NCBI RefSeq assembly: GCF_036321535.1
Contig: NC_087437.1
Span: 92,816,001-92,880,000, forward strand
Length of the DNA stretch: 64,000 nt
Direction: 5' to 3'
From: Camelus dromedarius
Taxonomy: Eukaryota
Below, in pieces: positions 11,961 through 25,584 of the stretch (positions are counted from its first letter, which is position 1; the number at the start of each line of letters is the position of its first letter). Below the pieces are notes generated by a model that made no database searches, had not been told where the DNA came from, and saw only the letters and a list, made by a program, of their open reading frames with translations. A program made the position numbers and the translations under genes.

Positions 11961-13559
11961 CTTTTTAATGGGGAAAGCAAGGTTTACCTGTGCCAGTATG
12001 CCAACTGAAGGAAAGAGAAATTCACCAAAAAATTTAAGCTAACTTTATTTTCTTAATTAAGTAAATAATCTCTATTTTGTAATCCCAAATATATCTTATT
12101 TAAAGATCAAAAACTAGATTTCTTGTTATTGATCATTTCTATTTTTAATAGACGAATAAATTTTAAATCATATCCTTATTGTTTCAGTTTCTATCCTGAG
12201 TAATAAGTTTAAAACTGCACATGGTGTGCATGCTAGCTGTTATCAGCATGCCAACTAGAATACACCTCTGTGGCAGATGGATGGGGCATAAAGCAGAGAG
12301 TCAATGTACACTAAAAGTTTATGATTTCATTGTGAAAACTTACAATTCTTCATATCGGAAAATATAGTCAGTCATAGCAGGGAAGTTCATTTTGAAGTTT
12401 AAAAAAGTCAATCCTCTTATCTTCTTAACTTGAAAATAATTCTAGTAGCAATTAATCTCTTACCAAAAAAAATTTTTAAAAAGAAGTTATCAGTTTAGAG
12501 GAGTTCTTTAGAAACCATCAGCATTCATCTCTGGACTTTAGACATGAGTTCATTTTAAACAACTGTAACATACATTGATGACTACTGTATTTTTAGACAT
12601 CTGGAAAGATTTTCCTATAGTCATTTGTTTAAAAGTTTTTCTGGCTTAAAATCTTTCATATTCCCAAGAAATGTCTTTACGTATCTTCCATCTCAGTGTC
12701 TTGGTTCTAGACATTCCTGATAGGATAACTTTGAGTTCAGTTCAAAACCAACACATATAAATGCAGGTTAATTCAGAAACACACAACTAGCATGCCAGCT
12801 AGTGTCAAAATTTTCTCTAAAGAAGGATAAGATAGCATAAGCTGGCTCAATTTTATTCCAAGGTATTTGTTTAGAGTAATTAGGGGAAAAAAAGTGATTT
12901 TCAAACTAATAACATATTGAAATCGCTGTAGTTAGAGGAACTGATTCTGTTGTCCCTGAGTAAATTGTAAAACCTGGGAGAACAACCTAAAGAGAAATTT
13001 TTTTTTAACATGAAGGTAGTGAAGGCTTCAGAGTTGCACTTAAGTTTTCTCTATGAGAAGTGTCTGTCTAAATACAGAACCCACAAACAGATGTCTTGAA
13101 ATGTTCCAGCCAGTTTGGCCATATAAATGAATATGGCTCCTCCTCTATCACCAAGACCTTCGGTGTAAACAACTGGTAGTTTACCAACTATAAGATCCAT
13201 TTCCACTTGGAAAAGAGCTCTCCTGGCTAGTTTCAGACGCTCCTTTTGCATAAGGTACTAAAATGTACCCTATTAAATAAGTTAACACACCTACAAAAAT
13301 GCTTTTTATTTCCATGAAGAAAATTAAGTCCCCTGAAGTTTGTGACTAAGAATCCCATGTTTCTTAAAGTAATCTTTATCTTTTCCCACTTCAAAGTATT
13401 TTTTTCTCATCCCCACTTCCCCGCCCCTCCCTCAACAGTTAAGACTGAAAACCTGAAGCACTTTTTCACTCTGGCCTGCATCTTGGAAGACTGTTTCTTT
13501 GCACAAAGCTGATGGTTAAAAGTTTCCCAGTATTTTCTGGTTGGCATTCTGGGTGATTA

Positions 13560-13990
13560 GTCCATTGAAATGTGTTTCCATAGCCTTCTTTTGTAGTTCT
13601 CTATTGCTATGCATCTTTTTTTTTTATGTTTGCCTGAATTGAACTATATTTACCATCTGCTGTTTCAGACTCTCAAATGATCTGAAACCTCTGAATTTTG
13701 TTAAATCATTCCTCATTATTGCTTTTTTAGTAGTATCTATAAAGTCTATTTCCCTCCTTATTTCCTCATCTCTATCATTTACATACTCTAATCACTGAGA
13801 TACTAACAGACCATACAACCAGTTTCAAATGCAAAATCCTCAGCCAAGCTATAGCTGATCTTATATTCTGAAGTAAATTTTCTCCATCACTTTGCCTCTA
13901 TTCCACACTTTTCATTTAGTTTCTTCACAACATGCTGATATGAAGTCCTTCAATGACATTTTGATAGTTTAGATAAGTTTAATATAGTAG
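13560..13990 (-). mobile_element. Possible L3/CR1 LINE remnant
   Basis: Weak similarity to antisense CR1 ORF2 (tagtatctataaagt...tttcctcatctctatcattt); highly decayed. Confidence 0.3.
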
Positions 13991-14477
13991 ATCCTTTGAA
14001 TTTGTTTTAGCTATTGTCTTAGAACCATTTTTCTCCCACAACATAAAAATTTTACTTTCCATATCTTTTCCTTTATTGCTTTAGGTTTCCCTATATCATT
14101 TTTTAAATAACTTCAACATTTGGTAGAAATAAAGGGTTTTTTAAAAAGTAATGGGCATGATATTGCCCTGAAAAGAGATAGAAAGGGAGAAAGCTGTTCT
14201 GACCTAAGCTTTTGGGGGCTAGCCAACAACACTCTTTTTTATCCTTCCTCACTTTTCTCTCAACAAAAAAAGATGTAGAACCTTTTCATAGCACTTTAGT
14301 GCCCATAGGCAATCATGGGTGTAAAGCTTCACAAAAGGCAGTAGGTGGAAGAAAAGAATCACACACCTTTGCGATAATACACCCAGTGACATCCTAGTTA
14401 ACACACCCTACTTCCATTTACAGAGGCTTTTGTTCTAATCATTCATTTGCTCCCTTGTTCTTTCATTTATTTGTAAC

Positions 14478-14965
14478 TCTTTCAGTTAATTACTGCATAA
14501 GAAACTATCTCAAAGTTGGTGGCTTAAAACAGTAACAATCCTGTGGATTGGCTGGGGTCAGCTAGCCTGTTTTTGATGCACCTGGCCAGGGTCACTCATG
14601 AAGCTGCATTCCACCGGGGGCTTTGCTGGTGCTGAAATCTCCAGCAAAATACCTCCAAATAACTCAAAGTAACTCCATTCCCATAGCTGCTGGGCTGATT
14701 GGAATGGCTGGGGAATGCTGAGCGTCTCTCTTTATCAAAAAATATCTTACATAGTGGTTCAGGGCTCCAAGAATTCAGAGTAGAAGATGCCATAAAGGGA
14801 TTGGTCCAAAACAAGCACAGCATCATTTCTTCTGCGTTTTATTGACTGAAGTAGGTCACGAGGCCAGCCAAGGTCCAAGAATGCCCTCTCTTTCTTACTA
14901 AGAAGAGCTGCACATCCAGGCTTGGGAGAAATTGTTTCCTGGCCAAAACTGACATTTCTCCCATA
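14478..14965 (-). mobile_element. MaLR solo LTR (MLT1 family)
   Basis: tactgcataagaaactatctcaaagttggtggcttaaaac...cagcatcatttcttctgcgttttattgactgaagtaggtcacgaggccagcc. Confidence 0.85.
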
Positions 14966-14974
14966 TGCAAAATG

Positions 14975-15505
14975 CTCTATATCCAAATAAGACCCCCAAA
15001 GTTACAGACATGGGATATGGAACTTATTAAAGGAACTAGACCTCACACAGACATGGGGAAAACTGGGGTAGCGAAGACCCAAAAGAGAAAATTGGAGGAG
15101 CAAAAGAATCACCAACTGATTGACCTGAAAGGCCAAGCACATCGAGCTGCTGAAACAAGAGCATGAAAAGTTAGCTAGTAGAGAAGTCCACAGGAAGCTC
15201 TGGCTTTTCTGAGTACCCACTGAAAAAACTAATGACAATACAAGAGTTGCTATTGGTCAGCAGGGTCAACAGTCAGAAAGAAGAGCTAGATTCAAAGTGG
15301 AGGAAAGAGAGGACAAACTGGGACCTGCCAATACCTCTGTGACTATCTATCACCACAGCTAATCATGACAACCTACAGAGAACCATGTCTGCTGCCTCAC
15401 TTCCATCTCCCAAATTTCATCTAAGTTTCTTTTTTGGCCAATTCTAACCTGGTACAGGAGAGATTTCTTAAAAAATGACATTCCCAAACTAAGCAAGTTT
15501 GACAA
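14975..15505 (-). mobile_element. ERVL solo LTR (LTR41/LTR33-group-like)
   Basis: cagtcagaaagaagagct...gaggacaaactgggacc...gctgcctcacttccatctcccaaatttc...ttttggccaattctaacc. Confidence 0.65.
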
Positions 15506-15654
15506 AAGAATCATCCTGCACAGGAAGGAAGAGTAAGCACTGTTTCCAAAAATTATAGCTACTCTAGAAGGAGCAACTGACGTTTCCATGATAAAACAAT
15601 GCGTGAGCAATTTTATATCTTGATATTTCTACATTTCAGAAAAATCATTGAGAA

Positions 15655-15866
15655 GCCATGTAGAGTAGTGGCTCAGAGCTCAGATCTTAGAATGAGCGAG
15701 TCTAAATTTTAATTCTAGGTCTGTCACTTACTAACAATATGGCCTTGGGAAAATTATTTAACTTCTCTAAATTTTTCACCTAAATCATGGGAATAATAAT
15801 GGTATTTGTATTGTGAAATGATGTGTCTAAAGTAATTAACACAGTACTGGAACATATTAGGTAACT
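15655..15866 (+). mobile_element. MIR SINE
   Basis: gtagtggctcagagc...ctgtcacttactaac...ccttgggaaaattatttaacttctct...aacacagtactggaacata. Confidence 0.85.
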
Positions 15867-16017
15867 GACTCTTTTTAGGTGGCATTATTACCCTTTGTTT
15901 CATTAAATATCTTAATCTTCTTAAAGTAAATTAAAATTTTAAGTGTTTATCATCAATTACCATAGTATCTACAGGCATGAAAGAATGGATATTTCCAAAA
16001 TGAATGGCGTTGCCATT

Positions 16018-16485
16018 TGTGATGGTTAATTTAGTTTGTCAACCTGACTGGCCATAGGGTGCCCAGATTAAACATCATTTCTGGGTGTGTCTGTGAGGGT
16101 GTTTCCTCATGAGATTAGCACTTGAACCAGTGAACTCAGTAGATGGCCCTCCTCTGTGTGAGTGGACATCACCAATCCACAGAGGGCCCAAATAGAACAA
16201 AAGGCAAAGGAAGGATGAATTCATCCCTTTTTTCCTGCCTTGCTGCTAGAGCTAGAATGTCTCATTTCATCTGCTCCCACCCTTAGACTTGGACTTACAT
16301 CATTGGCTCTCCTGGTTCTCAGGTCTTTAGACGCATACTAAATTATATTACTGGCTTTCCTGGTTCCCCAGTTTGCAGACTGTGGGACTTCTCAGCCTCC
16401 AAAATTGCTTTCTCTCTCTCTCTGTCTCACTCTTCCCCTTTTCCTCCCTCTTACTGGTGCTATTTCTCTAGAGATCCCAAATATA
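16018..16485 (+). mobile_element. ERVL solo LTR (MLT2 family), full length
   Basis: Starts tgtgatggttaattt; has canonical MLT2 motifs (ctgggtgtgtctgtgagggtgtttc, tgtgggacttctcagcctcc); perfect 5-bp TSD CCATT at 16013-16017 and 16486-16490. Confidence 0.95.
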
Positions 16486-16590
16486 CCATTTGAACCCTTA
16501 CCTTGATTGTTGACTCTTGCTTCACAATCAGATTGGTTCTAGTTTGCACCTGCCTCCCAACCAAATTCTCTCCCCAAAATTTATAAAAGA

Positions 16591-16790
16591 GTACAGTGCA
16601 ACCATTGAGCAAGTACACATAGGATTGCATACAAGTCCACTAACTGTATGAACCTTAACAATTCACTTTATCAAACTTAGGATCCATTTCCTCATCTATA
16701 AAATAGGAAAACTATAATGCCTGGCTTTCATGATTTATTGAGATGATATTTATATCAGATATCTGGTTCATAGGCCCCCCAATAAATAGT
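16591..16790 (+). mobile_element. MIR SINE, degenerate
   Basis: Core tttcctcatctataaaatagg and tail ctggttcatagg...aataaat. Confidence 0.7.
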
Positions 16791-16994
16791 TTTCAAAATT
16801 ATGAAATACCCTCACTCTCCTGATAAGGAGGCAGAGAGAGGCCTGAGTTCCTAGAAGCATCAATATAAATATTTCTGCAAGAAGTATTTTCTGATAAAAT
16901 GTATGCCCATATATGATATTTGATACCAGGGCTGCTCTAATGATTATAGAATCCTAAACAGATTATAGAATCCTCAGGCTTTTAACCATGGATT

Positions 16995-17220
16995 AGTTGA
17001 CCCTCCCCTGCCTCAATGCAGAGATGTCTGAAGGGACATCCCAGCTCCAGAGCTTCCATGAGACCCACTGAAGCCTTTGTTGTTATTGCCTCTCAGTTCA
17101 ACTTCTCCTTCCCAGTCTTGCTTCATTCACTCTCCAATAGCTATTTATCTAGAGAACATTCCCCAGGAAACTTCCTTTATAAAGTTCAGCATGCCAAAGC
17201 CTACTTCCTAGAAAAAACAG
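16995..17220 (+). mobile_element. ERVL LTR16-like 3' portion
   Basis: catcccagctccagagcttcc...ctgaagcctttgttg...cagttcaacttctccttcccagtcttgcttc. Confidence 0.7.
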
Positions 17221-19410
17221 GCTGTATCTGGTGTTACAAATGGCAAGTGGTGGTAGAGGGGAGAGTAGGAGATGGGGAGTCTACTAATGTCAAATAATTA
17301 AATAGATATCTATAGAACTTCTCAGAAAATTCTCAAGACAGAGATAAAGCATGCAACATTTACAAAACAGTTTAGACCAGGCTGCCCTATAGTAGAAACA
17401 GGTGTTATTAATAACATAGAGACTGAAGAGCAAATATTTGTTTTTACCCTACTTCCTTTCCTTCTATGTCCACCCTATGAGCCCTGCTGTCCTAATTCAC
17501 TTCTGCTTCATCTTGGACCAAAACCAAAACTGGCAGTGGCATTTCAGGGCAGAGATACTGACTTCAGACATAGGATGACACTGACACTGGCCCCAAATGG
17601 TACTTATTAGTACCCTCACTAGCAACAGAAGATAAGATTTGGAATGCTTTCTAATATGCAGAAGACTGTTCAAAAGCAAAGAGAGACTGATAATGAAGTG
17701 AAATGTGTTCTTCTAGCCAAGAACAAAAGCCAAAGTGTTAAGCTGTATTCTTCTTCAAAGAAAGTGAATACTATTATTCTCTGAAACTTCTGCCCAGTTG
17801 TTTGATCATTAGAGGTTTTAAAGAGAAACCTGCTAATACCTTTAAAAGCTTAGAACAGCTTGGATGTGATTCCATCTGAAATGAAGGGCAGGGCCATTAT
17901 GGCTATCCAACACCAACAAAGATGAAGGATTAAAATATTTTGACTACTTTGAGAGGTATCTCTATCCCTTGTTCATTCTTTTTGTATTATTGGTAATGTA
18001 TTGCGAAGTGGCGTGATTCAAATATTAGGGAGTTATTGCTATAAATCTCCTAGGAATATCCTGAGAGAAGTTCAGGCAGAAATACATATTTAAGCAATTT
18101 TTTAAACCAGTATGTTTACATTCTAGAAATGACTCATCATATTCATTGTGTAAATACATATTTAGACTAGTAAAGCTCTTTAGAAAGCTATGAATTAAAG
18201 CCAAATTTAAGTATTGGAGTTAATCTTTTCTGCCTGCTTTAAGCGCCATTTTGAATGAGTGGGGTGAAATTGGACATTGTGTGTGTATAATGATGAAAAA
18301 TGGTGGGCTACAATAAGGAATAATTCTTTTGATTTCCAGAGCATAATGGCCTATGGATTATGTTTAAAATTAATGAAAGAAAAGATAGAGAATGATTTGA
18401 ATCTCATCAGTAGCTATTTTTCTCTTTCTCTGAGGCAGCAATGAGCCATTTTCTAAGGGATTTGAACTTTTGTGAGGAAGTCCCTCTAAGCTTCGAAAAG
18501 GTCTTAATTGGAAACTGAACCTTTTTAATGATGATTTGTTTCGCTTGAAAGAACAAATAAATAAGCAGTTGGACTTCCTGAGAGATTTTCATTGTATGAA
18601 GACAATTTCTTTGCAAATCTAAACAAGTTTTTAACATTTGGAAGGACATGTACATTCCAGCATATCCTTTTGCCATGAAAGATCCCTTCTTCCTTCAACT
18701 GTACAAGCAGCCATAAAAAGAGAGGTTATTTCTCCACAGAAAGCAACTTGGATTTAAAAAGAGAGAAAAGGTGATTTGCAAAATATTTCTTTTACTCTAA
18801 TTGCATCCTCTAACACTAAACAAAGAAAACCAATGTCTTTCAATACAGTTATGTCAAATCTAGAACTATTGCTTTACTTATAGATTTATTTGTTTAGTTT
18901 TCTGTTGGAACACACTTTCATTTCTCATTCTGAGAAACATTTTCAAGAAGACAAATCTTCCAGTGGCAGTGGAAAATTATGTTAGAGATATAATTATTTG
19001 GAATACAAAATTCTGCAACATGTTTGAAAGGAGAAAGTTGCCATCTCTCAGAAGTGCTGATGAAAATATCCAAATCCCAACTGAAGCATCAGGAAGCACT
19101 CAGTTCTTGTCACTCAAAGTTACATCCTCCATTCTCAATTCCACAGTTAGAGGACAAGCCAGTATAGCCAATTTGTTCACAATCCATCAGTTGTCTCCTC
19201 AATATAATTCTCTTCCCCAAAACTCAACTCCTTTAAGTCTTCACTATATATATAGAATGGCTTTTCCTAGCCCTGTATTTCCCAAAATGTAGTGTATGAT
19301 TATATAAATGTCAATTTTCAGTGATATATAATATTCTCTCATTTGGTAGTAGTAGTTTTCTATTTTATAGTTACCTTCTATTTATAGTCTTTCTACTTGT
19401 CGTAAGAATA

Positions 19411-19657
19411 CAGTTGACCCTTGAACAACATGAGTTTGAGCTGTGCAGGTCCACTTACATGCAGATTTGATTCAATAGTAAATACTACAGTACTACACAA
19501 TCCACAGTTGGTTGAATCCCTGGGTGAGAAACTGCAGATACAGACCAACCTGTATTGATAGAACTGTGGACGTGAAGGCCAACTATAAATTACACTTGGG
19601 TTTTTGACTGCAGAAGTTTTGGTGCCCCTAACTCTAGCATTGTACAAGGGTCAACTG
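19411..19657 (+). mobile_element. MER8/Tigger2-derived MITE (TcMar-Tigger), complete
   Basis: TIRs cagttgacccttgaacaa / ttgtacaagggtcaactg flanked by TA on both sides. Confidence 0.95.
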
Positions 19658-21286
19658 TATATGAGTTTTTAAAACTAAGTTTAAATTATCAACTCAAAAT
19701 ATTAAATAAAATGATATGGCATATTAATGAATACACTTATGCAGAATATTACTCAAAAAAATATGTTACTTGGCTTCTCACTCTTGACATTTGGCATTGT
19801 AGACTCACTTCTTGAATTTTCTCCAGTTCATCCTAAGATTCTGACCAAGGCATATTTTCACTGTACTTACACTCTGTGATTTTATTTGTTTGTATGCTTG
19901 TTTATGTTTTATGGTTTTACCTACCATTTTTATGTAGTTTGCCAAATATGAACGGTTCTCATTGTCACTCCTTCAAACTTCTACACAATTTGATCTGGCT
20001 ATTGCATTATAATGTACTCATTACTGACCATGTTGTCTTCAGTTTTTCTCTTCTCTAATACAGATCTCAACACTGCACATGTTATCTTATAAAATACAGT
20101 TATTTCAGATTCCTAAGTTTTTTAAAACATCTTCAGTGACTCCTGCTGCAGAAAGAGTATGTTCTCTAATCTTTGATAACATTTTGACATCTTTACCACT
20201 CTCAGCCTAATCTATCTTTGTGGCCTCATCCCTTAACTCCCAATACTTTTTGCCCTGCCTTCTTCATTTCACTTCTGCCCCTGGTTCCATGTCTCTATTT
20301 TTCTGTAATATATCACTCTAGGTTGTTGCACATCACACAATCCCTTTTGTTACAGCCAAATTTACATTTGGTTGTAATTATTAAATATGATGACACTTTA
20401 AAGAATAAGTTTTCATGTGTTTTATTCTACTACAAAAGGTTTGGGTTTCCATATTTATAAAAGATTGGGGTTTTCTTTTTTCCCTGAAAATACGGAAGAC
20501 TATCTTCAAAATATAAAGATGAAAACTAACCTAATTTTAAGAATGTTTTATTTATAATCTCCCAATTTTTAAATTGATAGAAAGTTAGCTTATTGAACTC
20601 ACTCTCAGTTATCAATGTATGTATTATCTAATTATGAGATAATCTATAAAAATTTTAATCACCTGAGAATGCAAAATAAATTAGTATTAGTTTAACCAAA
20701 ACGTAGTTAGAAAGCTAAGCCTGTGATAGAATAACAATATCAAAACCAGACTCCTTATCTTTCTGGGCTCCCTTCTGAGAGCTTACCCTAATTTATGAGG
20801 CACTAAGACTAAGAAGAATATTTGACATTTGTTCTAATTATTGAATCATATAGTGGAAATATTACTTTCTATTATCTACACAATCTTATTAGTAAAGCCT
20901 AGTAATTGTTTATATTTTTGTAATACATTATGTTTTTATGGTAATTTTTATTTATATTGTAGGAGACCCACAAAAATCTTATGTTGTAGACAGGAGAACT
21001 TATAATTTTGGCATTTTTTTCTACAGAAAATTCCTGAATGCTATTTATAAACAATAAAAACTATGCTTTTTAGGCCATGTAAAAAATAATAATGTCCTAA
21101 TAAATAGTAGGAATTATTCTACTGGGCATTTGTGTTAGGTTTTGGGTACTAATAAAAATGAACGGGATTCTTGGAGGAAGGCAAGTAAGAGAGTAGAGAT
21201 GCTCATAAAACTGTATGTAAATGACTTCTGAGAGGTTGTAAGATGATAGGAACTGCATAAATTTTTATACTAAATTAGAGATGAGA

Positions 21287-21698
21287 CAGTGGTGTGGTGT
21301 AAATGTTTGGTAAAAAGCTCTCCAGGAAAAAAAAGGAAAAATCTCTAATTTTTAGCATTTGTTCATTTTAATAGTATAAGTACTCCCCCCATGGACAATT
21401 TCAAGCTACCACTTTGGTATTACTGATTGCAGGGCTGGGAAGAGATATGCAGTATTACATATACATATAGTATTTCTATCACGCAGCTATAGGTATAAGT
21501 AAACTCAATCATAGAAAATAGTAAAATAATTGAGAAGTGATAAGCTGTATTTATTATTTTTTGATATAATTTCTTTAATTTCAAGTTTATAAATTTAATT
21601 TTTAGTAATGGCTAGTTTAAAAACCAGCTTGCAATCTTCCTGAAAATCCTAAAATTAGCTCTCATGACCTGGTATAAGCCAGCTCTGGCAAACCACTA
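21287..21698 (+). mobile_element. MER63-like hAT (Blackjack) DNA transposon
   Basis: Termini cagtggtgt...gtaaatgttt and ccagctctggcaaaccacta; internal caatttcaagctacc. Confidence 0.8.
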
Positions 21699-23169
21699 GA
21701 TTAATGAAAGATACAATTCCTTTAAATATCTGAGGAAACACCATGGAGAAGAACAAGAATTTAGTATTTTATTCCAGAAGTCATCACCAGGATCAACAGA
21801 TGCAAAATATAAAATGTCAAGTTTAGGGTCAATTTTAAAACCAGACTTTTTAACTATAAAATTTGCCAATGTGATTAGTTTTTTTGGACAATGAGTACAC
21901 ACTGAAACTATCTAAAGAGACACTTTTTATTGAAAATGTCCAAGAAGAGGCTGAATGACCTTAGCAGTTTTGTAGAAGCCATCCAGAACTGCTCTGATTA
22001 GAAAATGATGCCTTCCCACTCTAAGATTTAAGTGGTTATTTTATCAGATATTTGCATAGGTTCTTGATTCATGATTTCAAATAAAATATGCCAAATTCAT
22101 TCATAAAGTTGTTCTTACTGAACCCCATGGTTGCAAGACTGCTTAAAAATGAACTGGGCAGGACAGTGTACTTCTCAATGTCTTTATTATTGGTGAAAGG
22201 TTAGAAATATCCAGGACTGTCTTAGATCCCATCAGTCTGATGTTCCCCACAAAAATAAAAGGAAAGGTAGAAGGAGAATAAACATTTTTCCCAGTGGTCT
22301 TCTAAAGAGAAAGGAAAAGAGAAATAGGAGAAGCAAGAAAAGTCATGTGCCCATTCTCCCCCCAGAGTCTGTCCCTTGCTCCAGCTCTGGACTTAAATGT
22401 TAAGCATGTAAGCGGAGGTGGGGGGTGAGGAGCGAAGTTAACAAGGGAAAGCCATATATACAGATTTCTCTATTTGCAGAGATCTCTAAAATAGATGCCA
22501 GAAATGGGGAAAATATGCAGGAATTCACAGCTCTGTCTATCTAGGTTTTGACAGAAAATTGAGAGGCATCCATAAATGAAAATTAACTAAAAATAAAGCT
22601 GTTATTTGAATAATTTGAATATGCATGTATTTTATTTCAAACTTCTTCAGGATTTCCAGAGTATTTTAGTACCATTTAGAGATTCAGCTTTGAAAGGCTT
22701 GAGATGATAATCTAGAGATTCACAAAAAAAAAAAAAAAAAAGAATCCGGGTACAATCAGAGTGAAGAGGAGCTCTGGGTGTTAGGCTGCTAACCAACCAC
22801 AGATAGCATAACATACAAGGTTCCAAGGACAACATTGCATGCTTGATGCATTTTGACATTTAACTTTCAATCCGACATTAACGTTTTAATATGTCAAAAT
22901 AAATAACCAATATTTACAGAGATGTAGATATAGATATCATCATGAGGCTAGTTTATATCTCTTTTTTTAACAGCTTTAAAAAAGATCAAGCTCTAGTCTG
23001 CTAGTCTCAAAATAATTTTTTTTTTTTGTCTCTGGATAAATTAACCACTAGCATTAAAAAAAAAAACAACCTGTTACTCAAGCTGTGATAGTGATATGGG
23101 TAATGAAAACAGTGTTTTTGGCCATACATTCTTCACCTACAGAAGAGCCCTGCAACCACTACTACCAGA

Positions 23170-23481
23170 GTATAGCACAGGAGAGTGAATGAGTACCCCT
23201 GAGGAGGCACTGCAGGAATAATCCAAGGTAGTCCAAGATCATTTTGAAAACTCATGTCTTACTTTTTTAATCAGTGCAAAAATGTGTGGTTTGTACTCTA
23301 TTATATATCCATATTTATTATAATAAAAATAAAATAAAAATTTTAAATGTTTTTCTCAAATATTTTTAGGATTGTTGACATGGCAGAAAGACGGACCATG
23401 CACATCCTACAGCTTCGCATATACCCTGGCGTAACACTCTGTTCCCCTGGGGTTATGCATGCCTCAGTTTGAGAGGCACAG
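23170..23481. mobile_element. Probable hAT-Charlie MITE remnant
   Basis: gagtacccctgaggaggcactgcag at left, AT-rich core, terminus cccctggggttatgcatgcctcagtttgagaggcacag. Confidence 0.5.
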
Positions 23482-24204
23482 ACCTCCAGGATGACAAGCC
23501 TTTTTTCTCCCATATACTCATTTGCATATGCACAGTGTGGTTTCATGTGCATTTTGGCATTTTTACAAACACTTCACTTACTGGAGATGGTTAGGCTGAG
23601 TTACCTACAGGTCATAAGATTGAAAGGGACCTTAAGGAGGCTACTTTGTCTAGTCTCTGGCCTTCAAGGAAAACCACATTTAAATTTCCAAAGACATATG
23701 AGAACACAGATTGTTCCATAAACTCAGCAGAGAAGGGATGCCATGAACAATCTCAGAAACTCATCCTATTTTAATAGCAGGAAGTTCTTTCTTCAATATA
23801 CACAAAATGCATTTTAACTGCATGTCTTGGAAGATCATAAAAAATAAATTCAGATAATGTAATTTAAAGATAGCAACTTGCATTAAAAGCCATGAGTTAT
23901 ATCTTACATAATGGCAACAATTTTATTAGAATGTCTCTAGAACATACATGGTATTGACAGTGAAATTAAAACATCAGTTTAATTTTCAGTTGTATTTGAA
24001 ACAATATTTAATCTTAAATATTCTTTTTGATTGCCAAGTTAGAGTGAAGATTTTTATCCCACAAAAAGTAAGCAATTCTTTAAACAAAAATTAAACATGT
24101 GTTATGCCAATAGGTTAAGTAGCCAGAAAGGTAAAGACAGATTTACTCTTCTCAAGGGAAAAACTAAAGAAAATCTGCTCTGTGTTTGCACAGGAGTGAG
24201 TGTA

Positions 24205-24292
24205 GCTCTACACTAGCAAGGCAGTGTCTGTATTTCTTCATCACTCGATATCTAAGAGGTACTTAACAAATATTTGATGACTGAATGAATGA
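24205..24292 (+). mobile_element. L2 3' tail
   Basis: ggtacttaacaaatatttgatgactgaatgaatga. Confidence 0.6.
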
Positions 24293-24789
24293 TGCATATT
24301 CAGCTCTGAAGAGAAATTTCTTTTTCAGGAATTAAATAAAGTCAAAAAACCGAGAAATAAGATTCTTGGTGGCTATAATCAAATTTGTTAAAAAAGGAGA
24401 GTGAGAAGAAAAGTTCATACTGGGGCCATGTTCAGACTCAAAGGAAATAAAAGATGATAATAAAAAGACTGATAAATCATTTTAAGGTTTTCCATTTCAC
24501 CATGGGTGACCAGCACAGAATGGACTTTATCTCTCTCTCTCACCCCTTCAAAGTCTTATTGGAGAAAAAGAATCAGCAATTAGAAAATTAGAATAAATGC
24601 ATAGTATTGACCAGAAAGTTAAAGAACTTCTGAATACAGCAAACAGTTGGAGATATACGGGAAATTTTAACAGATCTGAGTAACCTGTCGTACAATACAA
24701 GAAAAACAGAGACTTGCTCTGAACAGGGTATTTCCATCAAAACTCCAGAATGTCTCGTCTAAGAAACAATTTCCTTCTTTGTGCTTCCC

Positions 24790-24945
24790 AAATATTCTGA
24801 AAGGTAGGTATTAGTAGACCCACTTTATAAACGAGAGAACTGAGGCTGGAGGGATATGCAAATTGTAGCCATCACAGCAAGTTGGTGGCCTTTAGGATTT
24901 CAATTAAGATGTATCCAACCTTAAGCTGTTACTCTAATACTCTTA
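24790..24945 (-). mobile_element. MIR SINE
   Basis: aggtaggtatta...cccactttataaacgagagaactgaggct...tcacagcaagttggtggc. Confidence 0.8.
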
Positions 24946-25354
24946 TATTTTTAAGGTAGTACTAAAAGGAATGAAAAAATAGCATTAAAATTTTCATGGA
25001 GATTCAGTTTAAGCTGTACTAATAAAACTCTAGAGAAAAAATTCCAGAGGAGGCAAAATGATATCTGGTTACGTTTTAAATATAAAGCTGAGAAGTATAG
25101 CTAGTGGTCTCTGAACTCGGGGACACAAATATATTTTTTAATTTGTTTTGCTTTTGTTTGTTTATTTTTAAAAATCTGCTGTACTAAGTATGATAATTTC
25201 TGAGTAATTTATTTTTAAATGTTATTACAATGGATTAATTTTGAGAATCAGGAAAGATTTTCAGAACACAAATTAGTAAAGTACAGGTCCCAGATTACTG
25301 TCTACTGTTAAGATCTAAATTTTTAACAGCTTACACTTAAAAAGCACTTTATAG

Positions 25355-25521
25355 AGTAACATTTCCCAAAGTGTGTTCCACGGGATATCTTTCCAACAAG
25401 AGTGCTGGCTGGGAATAAAATGAATTTAGGAAACATGATGACACATATGTTTCCTTGGAGTCACAAAACATTAGCATCTTGAAGACTGAGAAGTCTTTCA
25501 ATGAAGAAACCTGTTTCCTGA

Positions 25522-25584
<63 letters not shown>

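Noticed and set aside
21696..21902. Protein-like minus-strand ORF (…KIDPKLDILYFASVDPGDDFWNKIL…)
   Set aside because: No family recognised, GTG start, no convincing donor; treated as chance
23370..23472. Exon-like segment after tatttttag (MAERRTMHILQLRIYPG... or LLTWQKDGPCTSYSFAYTLA)
   Set aside because: Lies in the terminal part of a probable hAT-Charlie remnant, has no good donor, and neither peptide is recognised
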